Below are positions 39,305 through 49,526 of a stretch of 64,000 nt of DNA, in pieces. The stretch's first letter is position 1; every line of letters begins with the position of its first letter. A program made the translations under genes and the position numbers. The notes under the pieces were generated by a model. The model searched no databases and was not told the DNA's origin. It worked only from the letters and a program-made list of their open reading frames with translations. The stretch lies in the NCBI GenBank assembly GCA_041659985.1, contig JBAZXE010000001.1:703-64702 (forward strand). The letters run 5' to 3'. Source of the DNA: Thermoplasmatota archaeon (GTDB lineage Archaea > Thermoplasmatota > E2 > JACPAO01 > JAHFTW01).

Positions 39305-40987
39305 TCATCCTGCGATGGTCCGGGCCTGCTCGCGGGTGAACTGCAGCAAGTAGTAGCGGCCACCCGCGCCATTGCCCGTCGAGCCGGAGTTCTTCCAGCC
39401 AACGAAGGCTTGGCCGTTGACGACGGCGGCGGTGGAGCCCCCAGCGGCGCGGTTCAGGTAGGTGACTCCGGCCTCGATGGTGTCGAAGAACTGTTTGGCC
39501 TCGGCGTCGTCCTCCGTGAACGTTCCGGCGGTGAGGCCGTACTCGACGGCGTTGGCCTGCTTGATGCCCTCAGCGTAGGACTTGACCTCGCCGACGGCGA
39601 CGAACGGCATGAAAAACTCCTCGCGGAAGACGCGGTGGTCCAATGGCAGGCCCCCGACGATGGTGGGGCGCACGTAGTTGCCCGCCAGGGCCTTGCCCTT
39701 GGCGTCCTTGGCGATGCGTACACCGCCAGCCAGGACCTTGCCATTGGATTTCTTGACGTCGGCGAGGACGGAGGCGAAGAACTCCGCCTTGCTCTCGTCG
39801 ATGACGGGGCCCATGTAGGACGTCTTCAGCCACGGCAGTCCGACCGTGGCGGCCTCGGTGAGCTTGACCAGGCGATCGGTGAACTCCTTGGCGACCTTCT
39901 TGTGAACGTAGACACGGCTGCAGGCGGAGCACTTCTGGCCCTGGAAGCCGAAGGCCGAGCGGAAGACGCCTTGCACGGCCTTGTCAAGATCGGCCTTGTC
40001 GGAGACGACGATGGCGTTCTTGCCACCCATCTCCGCGATCATCGGCTTGGGGCGGCCGTGTTCGGCGGCGGTCTGCCAGGCCATCATGCCGACCTTCTTG
40101 CTGCCGGTGAAGACCAGGCCGTCGACGTCGGGGCTGGTGAGCAGCTCGGTGCTGATGTCATGGTCGGCGGTGGTGAGGAAGTGCAGCGCGGAGTCGGGGA
40201 TGCCGGCCTTCTTGAGCAGCGAGAAGACCCACCAGCCGGACAGGCAGCCCTTGCCGGATGGCTTGAGGACGGCCGTGTTGCCTGTAATGAGGGCGGCGAC
40301 GGTCATACCGGCCGTGATGGCGATGGGGAAGTTGAACGGGCAGACGACGGCGAAGACGCCCCACGGCTTGCGGATGCTGCGGCACGACTCCGTCGGGACG
40401 GGTTTGCCCATCTCCATGTCGAAGCCGCCCATCTCGCGCATGGTGAGGGCGTAGAAGCGCAGGAAGTCGACGGCCTCGTCGACGTCGATGCTGGCCTCGT
40501 AACGCGTCTTGCCCGCCTCCAAGGACATGACGGCGCAGAGGTCGTAGAACGACTCCGTGAACAGATCGGCCGCCTTCTCGATGATGGCGACGCGGTCCTG
40601 CCACCGCGTGGCCGACCAGGCGGGGAAACCTTTCTTGGCGGCGGCGATGGCCTTGCGGGCGTCGGTCTTGGTGCCGGCAGCCCAGTGGCCGAGGCAGAGG
40701 TCATGCTCGGCGGGGCTCTTGGTGGCGAAGGTGGCCTTGGACTTCGGCGTGAGGCCATCGATGACCAGCGTGTGGACGTTGCCCTTCGGCTTGGACACGG
40801 AGGCGCGCACGCGGGCGACGGCCTCGTCGAACAACTGGTCAAACTCGGCCATCGTGCCGTTTTGCGTGTGGCGCCAGAAGGTGTTCTTGTTCTGGAACCG
40901 GTTGAAGCGGTCCTCGACGTGGGAGACCGTGGCGCGGTCCTTGCCGACGGTCACGGGATCCAGGGGAACGGACACCTGCTTGGCCAT
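39305..40987 (-). CDS. Aldehyde dehydrogenase, probable 1-pyrroline-5-carboxylate dehydrogenase
   Basis: PFNFP, FTGS, EMGGKN, FGFQGQKCSACSR, EEFF. Confidence 0.85.
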   Translation of the reverse strand: MAKQVSVPLDPVTVGKDRATVSHVEDRFNRFQNKNTFWRHTQNGTMAEFDQLFDEAVARVRASVSKPKGNVHTLVIDGLTPKSKATFATKSPAEHDLCLGHWAAGTKTDARKAIAAAKKGFPAWSATRWQDRVAIIEKAADLFTESFYDLCAVMSLEAGKTRYEASIDVDEAVDFLRFYALTMREMGGFDMEMGKPVPTESCRSIRKPWGVFAVVCPFNFPIAITAGMTVAALITGNTAVLKPSGKGCLSGWWVFSLLKKAGIPDSALHFLTTADHDISTELLTSPDVDGLVFTGSKKVGMMAWQTAAEHGRPKPMIAEMGGKNAIVVSDKADLDKAVQGVFRSAFGFQGQKCSACSRVYVHKKVAKEFTDRLVKLTEAATVGLPWLKTSYMGPVIDESKAEFFASVLADVKKSNGKVLAGGVRIAKDAKGKALAGNYVRPTIVGGLPLDHRVFREEFFMPFVAVGEVKSYAEGIKQANAVEYGLTAGTFTEDDAEAKQFFDTIEAGVTYLNRAAGGSTAAVVNGQAFVGWKNSGSTGNGAGGRYYLLQFTREQARTIAG

Positions 40988-41086
40988 GGCCTGCGCCACA
41001 GGCCGCCTCCTGATAACGGCTATTGCGCGGACGTGCGGGGCGGAAAAGGGCTCAAGACCCCCCGGTCGGATGGCCGAGGGAGCCGC

Positions 41087-41578
41087 ATGACCACGCAGCC
41101 CACCCCGACTTCCTGGCAGACGACATCCCCGCCGGGCACGACGCCCTTGGCAACGCAGCAGACCAACCCGATGGCTGGCCATGTCAAGGCCATCGCCGTC
41201 ATCAACCTGGTCTATGCCGGCCTAACCTTCCTGTCGGCCTTGGGCGTCATCTTCGCCTTCGGCATCGGCGCGACAGCCGTCGATGCGTCGGAGCAGTATG
41301 GGGCCCCCAGCTGGGTCGCCAACATGCTAGGCGCCATGGCGTTCATCTTCGGGGCCATCTTCGTCGCCGTCGCGGTTCTCTACCTCATGGCGGGCCTGCG
41401 CCTGATGTCGTTCCGCCGTTCCGGCAAGGGCCTAGGCATCTTCTCCGCCGTGATGCAGCTCATCGTCGGCCTGTTCACGGTCATGGGCGGCATCGGCATC
41501 ATCCCCTTGGGCACCGGGGTCTACTCCCTGGTCATCCTGATGCGCAGCGACACCGACCAACTCCTCGCGAGCCCCTAG
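41087..41578 (+). CDS. Hypothetical membrane protein
   Basis: Four hydrophobic segments; host-like codon usage. Confidence 0.7.
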   Translation: MTTQPTPTSWQTTSPPGTTPLATQQTNPMAGHVKAIAVINLVYAGLTFLSALGVIFAFGIGATAVDASEQYGAPSWVANMLGAMAFIFGAIFVAVAVLYLMAGLRLMSFRRSGKGLGIFSAVMQLIVGLFTVMGGIGIIPLGTGVYSLVILMRSDTDQLLASP

Positions 41579-41586
41579 GTGTCCCA

Positions 41587-42114
41587 ATGAAAACCCTCGT
41601 CGACCAGATGTCCATGTACGCCGCTTACCACAAGGACGCCACGAACAAGGCCATCCACTTCGTCTTCGTCCCCCTCATCATCTGGTCCGCCATGGGCCTC
41701 CTGGTCCAGATCGGCTCGTGGCCGCTTGGAGCCATGGAGATCACGGTCGCGCATCTCATCGCGGTCGTTCTCCTCGCCTACTACCTCTACCTGGACTTCC
41801 CGCTCGGCGTCGCGATGGTGTTCCTCTTCACCGTCATGCTGGTCACCGTCTTGCAGGTCCAGACCGCCCTCGGCCCCGACGCCTGGATGCTGTTCCTCGC
41901 CGTCTTCGCCGGGTCCTGGATCGCCCAGCTGGTCGGGCACGCCGCGTTCGAGCACCGCAAGCCCGCCCTGGCCGACAACCTGTTCCAGGTCTTCGTGGCC
42001 CCCATCTTCGTGATGGCCGAGTGGGCCTTCACGCTCGGCCTGCGCCGCCAGCTACGCGACGAAGTCGAGCGGGGGATGGTCCAGTACCTGCCCGGGGCCA
42101 AGACCGCGGCCTAG
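41587..42114 (+). CDS. DUF962/Mpo1-like membrane protein
   Basis: YAAYH..NKAIHFVFVP, QLVGHAAFEHRKPAL. Confidence 0.88.
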   Translation: MKTLVDQMSMYAAYHKDATNKAIHFVFVPLIIWSAMGLLVQIGSWPLGAMEITVAHLIAVVLLAYYLYLDFPLGVAMVFLFTVMLVTVLQVQTALGPDAWMLFLAVFAGSWIAQLVGHAAFEHRKPALADNLFQVFVAPIFVMAEWAFTLGLRRQLRDEVERGMVQYLPGAKTAA

Positions 42115-42253
42115 GCCACCGACGCGTAGCGTTAAGCGCAGCCTCCTCGTGGGGAGTTTGCCCCGATGACGAGGTTATCCCAGGAGGAGGGATTGATATC
42201 CCCAAATGACTGGAAGCTCAACGCGGAGGGGCAATCGGACTTCCAAGAGGAAG

Positions 42254-42384
42254 TCCGATTGAGCGAGCACCGAAGGTGCGAGCGGACCCGAGTGCCGAAG
42301 GCACGAGGGGTCTGACAGAATCCGATTGAGCAAGCGAACGAAGTGAGCGAGCGGACCCGAGTGCCAAAGCACGAGGGGCTTGAC
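42254..42384 (+). repeat. Two tandem family B palindromic units (period 67 bp)
   Basis: TCCGATTGAGC...GCGAGCGGACCCGAGTGCC..GCACGAGGGG at 42254 and 42321. Confidence 0.8.
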
Positions 42385-42842
42385 CGGATTCCGTCAAGCA
42401 TGGAACCGAACACCAGACCGGCAACACCCGCCAGCCGTGAAGGAGCACGGCGACGGCGCATTGAAGCGCCATCGGCATGCGCCTTGGGTCATTCGCGCGG
42501 AACTCCGGTTGAATGGCAGACACCGCCACGAACCGTGGCCTATCCACAACGGCGACGCGAAGACATTGGATTCGATCCGTCACCAATTCAGCAATCTGCG
42601 CGGCTGATTTCCAGGAGGAAATGTGAATGCGCATGCATTGCCGCTGCCAACGCGACCGTTCGGCGTTGCGAGTTCGCGATGACGCGTTCTAACGACTCGC
42701 CCGTCACCGTTTCACTCCCCCCACATGCACATTCTTGACCATCGCTCGATGCGCCGACGACCTCGCCTTCGCGTGCAAGAATCAACACGGAAGGCTTTAG
42801 TTCGATTTCGAGAGTTAACGTGCAGAAAGGGGGTGACCTGAC

Positions 42843-42923
42843 ATGGCTGCCAAGAAGGCTGCACGCAAGACGTCCAAGAAGACGTCGAAGAAGAAGGGAA
42901 AGAAGTCGTCGAAGAAGAAGTAA
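42843..42923 (+). CDS. 26-aa Lys-rich peptide MAAKKAARKTSKKTSKKKGKKSSKKK
   Basis: GGGGGTGA SD 6 nt upstream, all-AAG Lys codons, downstream T-tracts. Confidence 0.65.
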   Translation: MAAKKAARKTSKKTSKKKGKKSSKKK

Positions 42924-42963
42924 TCCGGAAATCCGGATTCACTTCGACTTGATCTTCTCCTCC

Positions 42964-42982
42964 TTTTTCCTCGGCTTTTTTT
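42964..42982 (+). terminator. Oligo-T archaeal-type terminator candidate
   Basis: T5 and T7 runs after the small ORF. Confidence 0.45.
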
Positions 42983-43153
42983 GGCGCGCGGCGCCGCGTG
43001 ACGCGGAATCACCCGTGCTGCGCAACCGCTCGGGCCTTCGCCCTCGCGTCCGCTCGTCGCTTCGCTCCTGGCTGAGGCCGAACCCCATGTTTTCGCGGGG
43101 GTTCAGCCTCAGGTTCACCCCTTAAATCACAGAAGGCATCGGCGCGACCTGGA

Positions 43154-44161
43154 ATGAGCCGCAACCTGGATCTGGCTGAGCTTCGCTGGGGCACCGACCT
43201 CGTCAAGCGCGGCTTTGCCAAGATGCAGAAAGGCGGCGTCGTCATGGACGTCACCAACGACGCCCAGGCTGCCATCGCCGAGGAGGCCGGCGCCGTCGCC
43301 GTCATGGCCCTCGAGCGCGTGCCCGCCGACATCCGCGCCCAAGGCGGCGTGTCGCGCATGAGCGACCCCACGATGATCCAGAAGATCATCGACTCCGTCT
43401 CCATCCCCGTCATGGCCAAGTGCCGCATCGGCCACTTCGCCGAGGCGCAGATCCTGCAGTCCCTCGGCGTCGACATGATCGACGAGTCCGAGGTCCTCAC
43501 CCCTGCTGACCCGTTCTTCCACGTCATCAAGAAGGACTTCACCGTCCCCTTCGTCTGCGGCACCACCAAACTCGGTGAAGCGGTTCGCCGCATCGCCGAG
43601 GGCGCCGCCATGATCCGCACCAAGGGCGAGGCCGGCACCGGCGACATCGTCTCCGCCATGCGCCACCGCCGCACCGTCACGCGCGGCATCCAGATGGTGC
43701 GCGAAATGGGCGACTCCGACCTCGACAACCTCGCCGAGGTCTTCGTGGCGCGTTACGACCAGCTCAACCAGGCCGTCCTCGAGGACATGGAGGTCGAAGA
43801 GGCCGATTTGTCCGGCGCCTACGACATGATGGAGTACGAGGACCTCACCGGCGCCATTCGTGATGTCCTCTCCGATGTGCGCCGTCTCGGCCGCCTGCCC
43901 GTCGTCGACTTCACCGCCGGTGGCATCGCAACCCCCGCAGACGCAGCACTCATGATGCAGATGGGCTCCGACGGCGTCTTCGTCGGCTCAGGCATCTTCA
44001 AGTCCGGCAATCCCGCCAAGCGGGCCAAAGCCATCGTCGAGGCGACGACGCACTTCGACGACGCCGCCCTCGTGGGCGAAGTCAGCAAGGACCTCGGCGA
44101 ACCCATGGTCGGCCGCAACTTCGAAGAGTTGACGACGAAGCTGGCGGAACGGGGCTGGTAG
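43154..44161 (+). CDS. pdxS: Pyridoxal 5'-phosphate synthase lyase subunit
   Basis: [37 protein letters not shown]. Confidence 0.97.
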   Translation: MSRNLDLAELRWGTDLVKRGFAKMQKGGVVMDVTNDAQAAIAEEAGAVAVMALERVPADIRAQGGVSRMSDPTMIQKIIDSVSIPVMAKCRIGHFAEAQILQSLGVDMIDESEVLTPADPFFHVIKKDFTVPFVCGTTKLGEAVRRIAEGAAMIRTKGEAGTGDIVSAMRHRRTVTRGIQMVREMGDSDLDNLAEVFVARYDQLNQAVLEDMEVEEADLSGAYDMMEYEDLTGAIRDVLSDVRRLGRLPVVDFTAGGIATPADAALMMQMGSDGVFVGSGIFKSGNPAKRAKAIVEATTHFDDAALVGEVSKDLGEPMVGRNFEELTTKLAERGW

Positions 44162-44245
44162 TTCCGTCGTTTTCCCGGTGTGGGCAAACGCCCATTCCGC
44201 GGAATCCTTGGAAAACGCGGATTCTGCGCAATCTGCGTTCCGCGG
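44162..44245. repeat. Family A repeat between convergent genes
   Basis: attccgcgg aatccttgg aaaacgcgg attctgcgc aatctgcg. Confidence 0.55.
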
Positions 44246-44248
44246 GGC

Positions 44249-45406
44249 TCACCGACGCCGAATCAACGCGACGGCAAGAATCGCCAGGGCCAAAACCGGC
44301 CCAATCCCCGGTGTGTCCTTGCCGGCGTCGGGCTCCTCAATCGGGGCGGCCTCCTCGAACGGCGTGGCCGATGCGTTGGACGACGCCCCGCCGGTTGCCG
44401 CAGCCCCCGCTTCGTCGAAGCCAACGTCAAACGTCCATACCTTGCCTGCCGGCGGCGCCCCGGCCTGGCCCAGCGCAAGGCCGGTGACGCCCGTCCCGCC
44501 GAACGTCGTGACGAACAGCTTGCCCCCATGCGGCCCGAAGCCGTGCGCGATGCGGACGGAACTCGGCTCCTCCAGCCCAGAGGCCAAGACACAGGCCGAA
44601 CCCGTGGCCGGGTCGAGGCGCAGCAGTTCGCCGCTCAGGTGGGCGGCAATGTAGAGCAGGCCATCAGGACCGAGGGTGAGGTCATCGAGACCCTTGGGCA
44701 CAGGGTAGCTGGGGTCGCCTTCGGGGTCATGGTAACCCGGCGCGAGATTGGCGATGCCGTACGAGAGGTAGGCGACCACCTCGACTTTCGCCGGATCCGT
44801 CGTCGAGAGGCGAAGCACGGGTGAGGCCTGGTCAGCCGGGACGACGGTGTAGAGGGCATCCGAGGCGGGGTCGTAGACGAGACCGTCGGGCCCGTACACG
44901 TCTGACCACGGTTTCCAATTGGTCGGGTCCGCGGCCGGGACGCGTACCAAGTCAGGGGGCTGCTCCGGCGGAGCGATGTTGTCGTCGGAGACGTACAGGT
45001 TCCCCGCCCCGTCGAAGGCCATGCCGTTGTACACGGGCAGGCCCCTTGCGTACACCTCGAAGGAGGTGGCCGAGGCGTCCGTCGAGCGCTGGATGTCGTT
45101 GGCGTCCCCAGCCGTCACCGCCGCGTAGAGTCGGTCGTCCGGGCCCCAGACGATACCGTGCGCATCGAGGGCAATCGTTCCCGCCAGCGTCCCATCCGGC
45201 GATACGCGCAGGATGCGGTCCCCTCCGGCGTCGCTGAGGTACAGGCTTCCATTGCCGTCGAACGCGAGGTTTTCCAGGGAGGATTCGTTCTCGAAGAATA
45301 AGGTGGGCTGCGGCGCGTCTGCGCAGGCGTCCTGTGTGCCTTGGGCCATGGCAGGCGGTGAGAGGAACGACGCCAGGAGCAGGACCGTCGCGGCGAGGCG
45401 GAGCAC
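44249..45406 (-). CDS. Secreted SMP-30/gluconolactonase-like beta-propeller with PGF-CTERM-like anchor
   Basis: LENLAFDGNG, NGMAFDGAGNLYVSD, PDGL repeats; TPGIG-TM-RRR. Confidence 0.8.
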   Translation of the reverse strand: MLRLAATVLLLASFLSPPAMAQGTQDACADAPQPTLFFENESSLENLAFDGNGSLYLSDAGGDRILRVSPDGTLAGTIALDAHGIVWGPDDRLYAAVTAGDANDIQRSTDASATSFEVYARGLPVYNGMAFDGAGNLYVSDDNIAPPEQPPDLVRVPAADPTNWKPWSDVYGPDGLVYDPASDALYTVVPADQASPVLRLSTTDPAKVEVVAYLSYGIANLAPGYHDPEGDPSYPVPKGLDDLTLGPDGLLYIAAHLSGELLRLDPATGSACVLASGLEEPSSVRIAHGFGPHGGKLFVTTFGGTGVTGLALGQAGAPPAGKVWTFDVGFDEAGAAATGGASSNASATPFEEAAPIEEPDAGKDTPGIGPVLALAILAVALIRRR

Positions 45407-45446
45407 GGGGTCGCAGCCGACCGACGTCGCTTCAGGCTTGCGCTCG

Positions 45447-46349
45447 CTATTCCACGACGGTCTGGCCTTCCAGGACCTTGGGTCTGCGCATCGCGACGAG
45501 CCAGACGCCGGCAAACACCAAAGCAGCCGCCGGGAGGACCTTCCACTCCAGTCTGGAGCCGAGGATGAAGTAGGCCGCGATGGCCGTGAAGATGGGCTGA
45601 ACATAGGTGAAGATGGCCACAGTGGAGGCTGGCACATGGCGCAGCACGCGCGTGCTCAGGACATAGGTGAGCACCGTGGCACCGAGGATGATGTAGAGCA
45701 TCCAGCCCATGGCCTCCTGCGAGGCGCCGGCCAGTTGGCCCCGCAGGCCGAACAGCAGCCCGAGCGGAAGGAAGACGATGGCGCCGACGACGAACATCCA
45801 CGTCGTGAGGCTGAGGGCGTCGTATTTCTGCGTCATCGGGCGCGCCAGCACCAAGAAGGCCGAGTAGCAGAGGCAGTTGAGCATCACGAGGAAGTCGCCG
45901 AGGGCGCCCTTCGGGCTGACTTGGTAACTCGAGCCAATGAGGTAGACGACCCCGGCCAGCGCGACGGCGATGCCGATGGCCCTCTGCGGCCCCAGAGTCT
46001 CCTTGCCCATGAGGACTGCCAGACCGTACGTGAAGACCGGAATCGTCGTGATGACGAGGACGGCGTTGACGGCGGTGGTGAACTTGAGGCCGACGATGAA
46101 GAGGCCCATGTTCAGCACGACGCCGAGAAGGGACAGCAGCAGCACCCGCTTCCATTCCGTGCGGATCGGGATGGCGTCCTTGACGAGGAACAGGTGCAGG
46201 ATCAACAGGAAAAACGCTGCCCCCGCCAGGCGCAGGCCCAATACGGGGAAGGCGTCAAGGTCAACGAAGACCTTCTTGGCGGCGACGGGAAAGAGGCCGA
46301 AGAGAAGCTGCACCACCAGGAGGGTGAGAGGGTGCTTGGCCTTCTCCAT
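45447..46349 (-). CDS. DMT/EamA-family transporter
   Basis: About 10 TMs, two EamA halves. Confidence 0.9.
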   Translation of the reverse strand: MEKAKHPLTLLVVQLLFGLFPVAAKKVFVDLDAFPVLGLRLAGAAFFLLILHLFLVKDAIPIRTEWKRVLLLSLLGVVLNMGLFIVGLKFTTAVNAVLVITTIPVFTYGLAVLMGKETLGPQRAIGIAVALAGVVYLIGSSYQVSPKGALGDFLVMLNCLCYSAFLVLARPMTQKYDALSLTTWMFVVGAIVFLPLGLLFGLRGQLAGASQEAMGWMLYIILGATVLTYVLSTRVLRHVPASTVAIFTYVQPIFTAIAAYFILGSRLEWKVLPAAALVFAGVWLVAMRRPKVLEGQTVVE

Positions 46350-46467
46350 GAGGCGCCGACGGAGGTGGGCGCTTCAAACATATGGGTCCTGGAAGGAGCG
46401 CGCGCGGTTCGCGGCTGGATTGGCGCGGCTCCGAAACGCTGATGCCTGGGGCCGGGTGGTCGTGGGC

Positions 46468-47487
46468 ATGCACAAGGCCTCCGCTCTTCTCGCCGTCCTG
46501 CTGGTTGCCGGCTGTCTCGGGGGTGGCCCAACGCAGGGCAAGGCCGAGGCCGCCATCGCCGACTGCCGCGATGACCTGCCGACGCAGCACCAATTCTACT
46601 TCGGCCCGGCCATGGGGCTCCAGCCCGAACTGCCACCCAGCGGCTACGCTCCCGGGAACTCGTTCAGCAGCGGCTTCCTCACCAACGACTTGAAGGAGTG
46701 GCTGTCGGAGCCGCAGGCCGAGGGCCTCTGGCTGGTGGGCAACGTCACCATCGAATACTGGGTTCGCAGCACGGGCACTCCTGCCCCGCTCATCATCGGG
46801 GGCCCGACCGGCGAGGGATACCATTTCTTCAACCAGTTCGGCAGCGACCGCACGTTCCAGCCGGCCTACGCTGTCGAGTACTCCGACGCCGTACCGCAGG
46901 AGGGCACCATCGACCACTACGTCGAGAACCTGACCTTGGCGCCGGGCGGCTTCGTCGCCGAATCGGGCGACCGCTTCCGCCTCCTCCTCACCGACTTGGC
47001 CCTCGACGGCGCCAACGGCGGCGGGCACGATGTTCTGTTCGGCGCAGACCACCCCAGCCGGCTGACGTTCACCGCCAAGTGCTGGCCGGCGCTTGTTTGG
47101 CAGCCCGATGAGCTGCTCCTGGACGAGGCTGTGAGCCTGCCCGCCAACCAGGGTCTGCTGACCGGCCAAGTTCCGCCCAGCGACGCCAACCGCATGCAGT
47201 TCCAACTCACGCTGCCGCCAGGCACGGGCCGCCTCAACGTGCAGCTGCGCCAAACCAACGACCTGAACCCGGTCAAGGATGACATCGACATCACGCTCCT
47301 CGACCGCTCGGGCCAGCCGGCCTGGTCCATCGGCAGCCCGTACTCGGACGAGTCGGGCACCCTCTGGCTCGACAATCTCGAGGCCGCGTTCCCCAGCGGC
47401 GAGCTCACCGTCCAGGTGGACAGCTATTCCGGCGTGGGTTACACGGGCCAACTCACCGTGACGCGCAACATCGCCTTCGCTGAGTAG
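46468..47487 (+). CDS. Hypothetical lipoprotein
   Basis: LVAGC lipobox. Confidence 0.75.
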   Translation: MHKASALLAVLLVAGCLGGGPTQGKAEAAIADCRDDLPTQHQFYFGPAMGLQPELPPSGYAPGNSFSSGFLTNDLKEWLSEPQAEGLWLVGNVTIEYWVRSTGTPAPLIIGGPTGEGYHFFNQFGSDRTFQPAYAVEYSDAVPQEGTIDHYVENLTLAPGGFVAESGDRFRLLLTDLALDGANGGGHDVLFGADHPSRLTFTAKCWPALVWQPDELLLDEAVSLPANQGLLTGQVPPSDANRMQFQLTLPPGTGRLNVQLRQTNDLNPVKDDIDITLLDRSGQPAWSIGSPYSDESGTLWLDNLEAAFPSGELTVQVDSYSGVGYTGQLTVTRNIAFAE

Positions 47488-47531
47488 CGCCGCGAGCAGG
47501 GCTTATCCGGCCGGCTTCAGTCGCCATCGTC

Positions 47532-48173
47532 GTGCCCAAGTCCGGCCAGCCGGCGCCAATCCGCGTCGGCGTGCTTGCGGTGCAGGGAGCCGTCAGCGAG
47601 CACCTTGACGCCTTGCGCCGTGCAGCGACCAAGCGCGGCTGGGACGTCGAGGCCGTCGCCGTGCGCACGCCCGCGGACCTCGCGTCCGTTCACGGCCTCA
47701 TTCTTCCCGGCGGGGAGTCGACGACGATTAGTCGTCTTCTTCGCTCCGGCCACCTGCAGGACTCCGTCGTCGAGCGCGCCAAGTCAGGCGACCTCGCCCT
47801 CTTCGGCACTTGCGCCGGCCTCATCCTGCTGTCCTCGAAGGCCGTCCACGACGTCGTGGACAAAGACATCCAACTCCTCGGCCTGCTCGACGCCGAAGTG
47901 GACCGCAACGCCTTCGGGCGGCAGAAGGACTCGTTCGAAGCCGCCCTCACCGTGGAGGGATTGGGCAAGATTCCCGCCGTGTTCATCCGGGCCCCGGTCC
48001 TGACGAAAACCTGGGCGCCGACCGAGGTCCTGGCGCAGAATGAGCGCGGCATCGTCGCGGTGCGCAAGGGCCGCATCCTCGGCACGGCGTTCCACCCGGA
48101 GTTGACCGACGACACGCGGTTGCACGAGTGGTTCATCGAACTGGCGGAGCAGGCATCGCGCGCCGCCCACTGA
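47532..48173 (+). CDS. pdxT: PLP synthase glutaminase subunit
   Basis: LAVQGA, PGGESTT, GTCAG, RNAFGRQ, FHPE. Confidence 0.96.
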   Translation: MPKSGQPAPIRVGVLAVQGAVSEHLDALRRAATKRGWDVEAVAVRTPADLASVHGLILPGGESTTISRLLRSGHLQDSVVERAKSGDLALFGTCAGLILLSSKAVHDVVDKDIQLLGLLDAEVDRNAFGRQKDSFEAALTVEGLGKIPAVFIRAPVLTKTWAPTEVLAQNERGIVAVRKGRILGTAFHPELTDDTRLHEWFIELAEQASRAAH

Positions 48174-48236
48174 ACCGCGCGGAACCTGCGGACGAACTCG
48201 GAAAGAATCCGTGCGATTCCGCGTAATCCGTGGTTT
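48172..48236. repeat. Family A repeat between convergent genes
   Basis: gaatccgtgc gattccgcg taatccgtg gtt. Confidence 0.55.
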
Positions 48237-48241
48237 GGTCG

Positions 48242-48691
48242 TCAACCGCCGTGACGGGCTTCCCGGAGAAGCGTCTCCAGATGGTCCACCGACTTGCGAT
48301 AGTTTTCGATGGCGAGCTGGAAGTGCGCCTCTGCGAAGGTCCACGCTTTGCCGAGGTCTCCGTAGCGCACGCGGAAGGCGCGGCGGCGGTCGCCGTCGGG
48401 GCCAGGCTCGCCGATGTAGAGGTCCTCGATGATGTCGAGTTCCTTCAGCTTGTTCAGGTGGCGGTAGATGGACGGCATCGTCGTCTCGCACGTCGTGGCC
48501 AATTCCTCGACGGTCCATTCCTTCGTCGGGTGGAGGAGGAAGCAGTCGAAGAACACCTTGAACGAAATGCCGTGGTCGGGACCCTTGCGGGCCGTGTAGC
48601 CAATCATCGAAAACAGCGCCTTCGCCAGGCGCCGGGGGTCGGTCTCCCCGGTGAGCGGGGCGTGGCTGACGACCTGCATCTCGAAGGCCAT
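48242..48691 (-). CDS. Winged-helix DNA-binding protein
   Basis: TVEELA...SIYRHLNKL. Confidence 0.8.
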   Translation of the reverse strand: MAFEMQVVSHAPLTGETDPRRLAKALFSMIGYTARKGPDHGISFKVFFDCFLLHPTKEWTVEELATTCETTMPSIYRHLNKLKELDIIEDLYIGEPGPDGDRRRAFRVRYGDLGKAWTFAEAHFQLAIENYRKSVDHLETLLREARHGG

Positions 48692-48777
48692 GCCCCATCG
48701 AGGCCCGGGAGGCTCAAGCGTCTTTCGTTCCGATTTGCGCATTGGCCGTTATGGCCAGGAGGGTGAACCCGGCGAAC

Positions 48778-49470
48778 CTACTCCGAGGTGGATTCAGCCG
48801 TCATGGCGGACTCCACATCCAAGGGCTTGGGCCGCAGCTTGCGTTGCATGACGTAGGCCAGGACCAGGAACAGGGCGCAGGTGACCAGGAGCGCCAGGGC
48901 GAGCCAGCCGCCGTCGTCGAAGAAGGAAGGGCCGGAATCATCGGCCACGGTTCCGTCGGTCGGGGCCGAGAACGCGAGGTCCTGCGTTGCGTTGCCGTCG
49001 GAAGGCGCGCTTTGGGCGGAAGCTGGGGACGATTCAGCCCCCGGATCGGTTTTCATGGCTCCTGAACCGTCGTCGGCGGAATTGCCCAATTCAGAGGACG
49101 AGGCGTTAGCCAGCCACCATCCCAACGCCCGCCCGAGCATGAAGACGCCTCCGCCGGCCGCGGCAACGGACAGGCCGAGGAGGAGGTTGAACGTCGTCGT
49201 GGCCTCGGGATGAAGGATGCGTTGGCCGGTCCACGTGAGTTCGTAGTAGATCCACTTGCGGCCTTCGTCGTCGCGTTTGCGAACCAGGCCAGCCGAAGTG
49301 AGGAGTTGCATGTGCTCGTGCACCGTGGCCTTGTTGAGGGCCAAGTCGCGCGACAACTCGGTGAGGGTCTTGCGGCGCTCGTCGAGGGCCTTCAGGACCG
49401 TGAGTCGCGTGGAACTCGCCAGGGCACGGAAGGTGTCCGCGTCGAGCGTGATCTTGGCCACGGCCTCCAT
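48778..49470 (-). CDS. Membrane-tethered ArsR-like winged-helix regulator
   Basis: FRALASSTR..LTELSR..TVHEH..KWIYYELT, then two TMs. Confidence 0.82.
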   Translation of the reverse strand: MEAVAKITLDADTFRALASSTRLTVLKALDERRKTLTELSRDLALNKATVHEHMQLLTSAGLVRKRDDEGRKWIYYELTWTGQRILHPEATTTFNLLLGLSVAAAGGGVFMLGRALGWWLANASSSELGNSADDGSGAMKTDPGAESSPASAQSAPSDGNATQDLAFSAPTDGTVADDSGPSFFDDGGWLALALLVTCALFLVLAYVMQRKLRPKPLDVESAMTAESTSE

Positions 49471-49526
49471 GCGGGTCCTCGCCAAGATAAGGGTTTGCCG
49501 ATGGTTTGGCCTGCGCCCACCGGAAA

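Noticed and set aside
38984..41578. 864-aa + strand ORF and similar long antisense ORFs (4156-6117, 20932-22707, 51184-53520)
   Set aside because: These are shadow frames of well-supported opposite-strand genes in high-GC DNA. Only the 3' end (41087-41578) of this one looks real.
42232..42330. RNase P RNA suggested by GAGGAAGTCC and ACAGAA
   Set aside because: GGAAGTCCGATTG pairs locally with the sequence just upstream. There is no distal P4 partner, and the region resolves into tandem repeats.
42428..42452. SRP RNA helix-8-like CAGCCGTGAAGGAGCA
   Set aside because: It lacks the CAGG...GNRA...AGCA geometry, and no Alu domain or long closing helix is visible.
42588..42788. HUH transposase remnant (HSHFLL in a 66-aa ORF)
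   Set aside because: No other Y1/RAYT motifs are present and the ORF is too short to support the call.
43154..48173. Island inserted between pdxS and pdxT
   Set aside because: The three intervening genes have host-like composition and no att sites or mobility genes.
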